NCBI RefSeq assembly: GCF_963921235.1
Contig: NC_086108.1
Coordinates: 96,846,001-96,910,000, forward strand
Direction of reading: 5' to 3'
Origin: Mobula hypostoma
Taxonomy: Eukaryota
DNA length: 64,000 nt
A model generated the notes under the pieces. It saw only the letters and a list, made by a program, of their open reading frames with translations. It was not told where the DNA came from and searched no databases. This document shows, piece by piece, positions 59,955-64,000 of the stretch (positions are counted from its first letter, which is position 1; every line of letters begins with the position of its first letter). Made by a program: the position numbers and the translations under genes.

Positions 59955-62447
59955 TAATTGATGTTTCATTCTGTGCTATTGCGGGATGTAGAGTTAAGTT
60001 TTAACAGGTTAATATGCCCTTTCAGACCCTGAAAATTGGTAAGAGTTTTGTTCATCCATTATCTTTCATTTCTATCCCTGTAATTTTTGAATGTGCCTTG
60101 AAATGGACAAAGCCATTTTTATTAACATAATGTAAGGTTTAGTCCCGGGCATCAAAATCAGGAACTGCATCGTTATGTTCATCATTTCTACATTAGACTT
60201 AAAAAATCATGAATAAACAGGACCTTTTCAGTATCACATTCAGATAGATTAGTTATCACCCAGTTGTGAATTTCCTGATTTGAGTTTTAAGTTGTGTTAG
60301 TTGTGGAAATCAATTAAAAAATTTTGAGGTTAACCACTGAGATTTTGATCTGCTGTCTATGACAAATACTGGGTTACCAAATAGATGTAGTAATTGGGAT
60401 TTATTATGGCTGGAGGAGGAACAAGCAGAATAGCAGGTGAGTGCACAGAAAGCAGGACAGAAACTTGCACCACAGTTTAGCCCAAGTGGTGTACAGATCA
60501 TCTATTCCTGCATGTAAGAACGAAACACTGAAATCACTCATTGTGCTTTAGTATGAACTGCTTCACTTGTTGAATATTACACCTGTGGCTAAGAAAGTGA
60601 CTGGGCTTGAAATTTTATGATTGGGTTATTATTATGCAGGCTACATTTGTTAGTTGCCTATGCATTCTTACATCCAACAGGGACAAATAAGATAGCTGCT
60701 TCTTCCAGGTGCTTAAGCTCTCCTGATAAAAACTACAAAGCAAAGATTGAACATCCATCAGACCCTCATTTATGGCCCACATCATGGCTAAACTATTTGG
60801 TATATGTCAGCAAGATGTGCTTTATTTTTCTAGTCCTTTGTAGGAAGACTACCGTGTAATAATTTTTATTGCTCAGGTTATAGTAAAGTGGAACAAGACT
60901 GAATGGAATTTAAACTTTGAATAGGACACTCAGTTTCCCAGGTCAATCATTAAACATGGTATTAATACCAGGTGATAATCTTTCAGCTTTGACATATTCT
61001 TCTAGCTGAAACAATTGCAGTCAAAATACTCTCCTTCCATCTGCAGGGAAGACTATGTGCTCCATCTTCAGTGCTTCAAGGACATTGCTGAAAGTGGTGT
61101 TATGTTAATAGTAAAGTAAGGTTGTCAGCTTTCAAATAAAGTGATTGTGGTACTCACAGCGCTGCATTCTCCTGCTCGCCATGTCCTTTAAGTCTTACGG
61201 ACTTGGACTAGCATTTCCCTCAGATGAATTCTGATAATTAGCCCTTTGATAAAGTAAAGTCACCCATTATTTAGAATAAGGAGAATAGTTAAATCAGCTT
61301 AAGCATCATAAACTTCATCCAGCAAGTGATGTGATCATTCTCCACATTATAGCTTGCACTTTGTGATCATTTTGGGTGAAACTTAACACTTGTCCTGTGG
61401 ATGCTAAAATTATTTAGATTTGTGGATTCTAAAAGGGCAGCAACTACAAAAAGACACTATTTTCAGTTTTTTTTCCCCCAAACCCTGAATCAAAATAGGC
61501 TGTCAATTTCTTCCTCAGTTTTTCTATATGCCTAAAATAGCAATCTACATTATCTCACCAACACAGGGTAAACAGCTGGCTTAGATTTTTTTTATTATTA
61601 CTTCTATATTTTAAAAACATGTAATAGTGGATTCATGATTACTAATTGGGTATGTTTTTGATGCCTCATTTTATCTATACAGTTGTGTGTGCTGTTTGTT
61701 AATATGGATGTTGGTCCATTCTTTGTTCAGTGCAGAGGTTTGAGTGCAGCCATCAGAATTACAAATCATTAGCTTTCATTATTGACTGAACATGCAAAGT
61801 GATGACTGTACAAAAGCACTAATTTAAGTGTTGTATTTAACAGCTGTTCACCAGTCTGTTTTATTTTACCACCTTACCTCCCATGCCTTCATCAGCTATT
61901 TCATGTGAAGTAAAAGAGCCATTTACAGTCCCTTCATTCCCCAAGCAGCTTTTCTTAATATTTGATTAAATACTGTATTTACAACTTTGTCAATACTTTG
62001 GTGCAGTGCTGCTTGACTTCCAGTCTAGCACGTACCTTGTCTTCCCAGTGCAACCCAATGTCATACACAAATTAATAAAGCCCTTTGTTTTATACACTTT
62101 ATACATTGTATATTGCAAGTTGTGTTCAATATAAAAGTAATTGTGAATAAATATTAGGTAATTGTATAACATTAATTTCTGTTTTAAATATCAAGACATT
62201 TAATCATTTCATTTATTGTGAATGTTTACCTTGAACATAAGGGGAATTGAAATATTAACCGTTGTCTTTTAGTAAAAAGCTAGAATTCAGCTAAATGCTG
62301 GATAAAGATATTAACATACTACTGATCAAATGCAGAAAGTAAAACTATAAAATGGCCTTATTGTAGGTATTTGCAGATTTTCAAAAGTTTTAATTGACTG
62401 TAAATGAAACATCAGTTTAAATTATGGCTTTCCATTTTTGTCAAAAG

Positions 62448-62570
62448 GACATCCTGTGAAGTTAAGAACTTGTGTTCATTGTCATGCAACCTTTACAAGT
62501 GCAGTTAGCCTGGCAAATCATCTCAGAGTCTATGCAAGAAGAAAGCAAGCTGGAGATCTGACTGGCACTC
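62448..62570 (+). CDS. ZNF644: ZNF644 coding exon (123 bp) with an atypical zinc finger
   Basis: Acceptor ..TTTTTGTCAAAAG| at 62447 (phase 1). Encodes CVHCHATFTSAVSLANHLRVYARRK. Donor C|GTAAGT at 62571. Frame-preserving and WIZ-type (SLANHLR). Confidence 0.8.
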
Positions 62571-62907
62571 GTAAGTTTTCTTTATTTACTTTTTTAATGT
62601 TCTTTGCGTGGGCTTTAAATCGCATGTAAAATATTTTAGGTGCATAAATTACTGAGCCCTTGCCTTTTAACATCTTAAGTACTTAACTGTGATATTTTTA
62701 TACAAGCTTGGTGAACAGTGGGTAGACTACTAACCAGCAGTGAGGTTAATACCTCCCACTGTGGTGAATCACCAAAATTGTTAAAGTTGTAGCAGACCCG
62801 TGTAACTGATATGAGGAATCCTCTGTGTTAAACTCAGGCATACAGGTAGTGTTGGATAAAGGACTTGAACCAACTTTAGTTCATGATCCAACATAAATAT
62901 GAAACTT

Positions 62908-63139
62908 CACAACAGGAATTCTGCAGATGCTGGAAATTTAAGCAACACACATCAAAGTTGCTGGTGAACGCAGCAGGCCAAGCAGCATCTATAGGAAGAG
63001 GCGCAGTCGACGTTTCAGGCCGAGACCTTTCGTCAGGACGGTCCTGACGAAGGGTCTCGGCCTGAAACATCGACTGCGCCTCTTCCTATAGATGCTGCTT
63101 GGCCTGCTGCGTTCACCAGCAACTTTGATGTGTGTTGCT
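62908..63139. mobile_element. Young palindromic Penelope-derived mini-element with two back-to-back hammerhead motifs
   Basis: Arms 62936-63039 and 63041-63144 with 2 mismatches and a 1-nt spacer. Perfect 14-bp TSD TAAATATGAAACTT (62894-62907 / 63140-63153). Confidence 0.9.
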
Positions 63140-64000
63140 TAAATATGAAACTTTCCTGATGTCATTTTACAGGCCAGTGCACATAGTTTGCTGAAAAATT
63201 TACGGCTAAGATCTCTCACAAATCTGTGATTCTGTAAATAAGAATGTTTCAGCTTGACCCTGTGACTCCATTGATCTACTTAACAGGAAAATGGATGATT
63301 GTAACTCTAATACAAACCTTGCAAATTTTGGTAGTTGTGCTCAAATTCATATGTTGCATTAGTTATTGTGTTTTCAGTTATGAGATTTAATGAACACTAG
63401 TTTGTTTTTGAGATAGCTCATGAAACAGCACACTAATAATTAGAAACAGAAATGTATTGGGAACCAGTCAAATATGGGTAACAGAACCTTCAGATATATG
63501 GTTAAATTAGGGGTTTTAACTTCAATAATTATTTTAGTGGTTTATTCTATAACAGTACAGTGACATAATTGCATCTGTTCAGACTGCTTGTGCAGACTGA
63601 TGATTCTTTCATTGTGAATAACAAGGTTATTTAAATTTTTAATTGATTCTTTCTCTAGTCTTAAGATTTGCATTTTTTTAAAATATACTTGGAGTAATGT
63701 AATTAAATTGAGAGAAACACACTGTACAATTGTAGTGGCATGATCAGTATTGCTTTCACGATAAGTTTGGCTTCACCTACCAATTTGTCTCCCCTGCTGG
63801 AAGCAGGGCGACCCATGTTGTAGTATGACCTCTGGTTAATGACGGGTCAGTGGTGGTGATGGTATACCTTGTTCTAATTTCTTAATGTACAAAATAAGTC
63901 ATAGCAGGTAGTTTCTTGTTGTGCATTGTCACAATTAAGGCCGACATCTTCCAGACCTGTAGACTTCCCAATAGTAACAAGTAGATCACTCATTTCTTCC

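Noticed and set aside
60008..60038. Candidate micro-exon ending TTG|GTAAGA between ZNF644 exons
   Set aside because: Both plausible acceptors give 13 or 31 nt, which would shift the frame, and there is no other support.
1..64000. Prokaryotic features (CRISPR arrays, operons, rRNA)
   Set aside because: None seen. The window is spliceosomal-intron-containing vertebrate DNA.

Overview
This is AT-rich vertebrate genomic DNA. The repeat landscape (CR1, Rex1/Babar, Penelope, a SacSINE1/DeuSINE-like SINE, HE1/V-SINE-like SINEs) suggests a cartilaginous fish, probably a ray; that assignment is an inference. Most of the window is the + strand gene ZNF644, with four phase-compatible coding exons (11975-12015, 46533-49756, 56807-57421, 62448-62570). 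The 3' end of the gene was not found and probably lies beyond the window. The 34.5-kb intron holds a ~13-kb nest of insertions inside one Rex1/Babar LINE. The highlight is a Mag-clade Ty3/Gypsy LTR element (28422-32165) that keeps its LTRs, PBS, gag, protease, pol C-terminal stub and PPT. Its RT/RNaseH/integrase region is replaced by two intronless host mRNA fragments joined tail-to-tail: SUDS3 (sense, in frame with the protease) and RNF213 (antisense). A second highlight is a Penelope-like element plus many short derivatives, often palindromic, that carry minimal type-I hammerhead ribozyme motifs. All identifications are from motif recognition and recalled protein sequences; no database searches were run.
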